A DNA stretch of 64,000 nucleotides from Octopus vulgaris (lineage: Eukaryota): positions 74,462,001 to 74,526,000 of the forward strand of contig OX597815.1 in the NCBI GenBank assembly GCA_951406725.2, in the 5' to 3' direction. Made by a program: the position numbers and the translations under genes. Under the pieces are notes generated by a model, which was not told the origin of the DNA, searched no databases, and saw only the letters and a list, made by a program, of their open reading frames with translations. Of this stretch, positions 63,914 through 64,000 are shown piece after piece; position 1 is the first letter of the stretch; the number at the start of each line of letters is the position of its first letter.

Positions 63914-64000
63914 TTATAGGCTCTTGTACAGTTTCTTTCTTCCGAATGTCACTCATAAGGCATTGGTCAACCCAAGGATACATTAGCAGATACTTGCCCA

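Noticed and set aside
52000-64000. TOM1 exon 1 (expected NPF.TPVGQ.I)
   Set aside because: No matching minus-strand sequence was found by eye; it probably lies beyond the window.

Overview
This is AT-rich, CpG-depleted, microsatellite-rich eukaryotic DNA. The repeat families, (TA)n/(GAT)n tracts and very long introns point to a cephalopod, most likely Octopus (inferred from recognised repeat motifs). The window lies inside one minus-strand gene of the TOM1/TOM1L2 family (VHS-domain endosomal ubiquitin/clathrin adaptor). Four exons splice in frame into a nearly complete VHS domain (51902-51986, 21068-21152, 17510-17656, 9048-9182), followed by a probable 63-nt linker exon (3858-3920). Exon 1 and the GAT-domain exons were not found and probably lie outside the window. 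The introns (intron 2 is about 30.7 kb) hold many dead or non-autonomous elements: four mariner relics, RTE and CR1-like LINE fragments, three tRNA-headed SINE families, piggyBac-type and hAT-type MITEs, and a probable Helitron with nested insertions. No intact transposase or reverse transcriptase ORF, CRISPR array or prokaryote-type system is present, and most ORFs in the supplied track are spurious. The items most worth follow-up are: a PHD-type zinc finger inside the RT domain of an RTE LINE; an unclassified 770-bp element with perfect 42-bp GGGGG-ended TIRs and an apparent 6-bp TSD; two decayed Penelope-type hammerhead motifs; two long fold-back hairpins in the pre-mRNA; a block-conserved 200-bp duplication; and a CpG-retaining island in intron 2 with promoter-like and splice signals. 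None of these is established as a new biological system from sequence alone.
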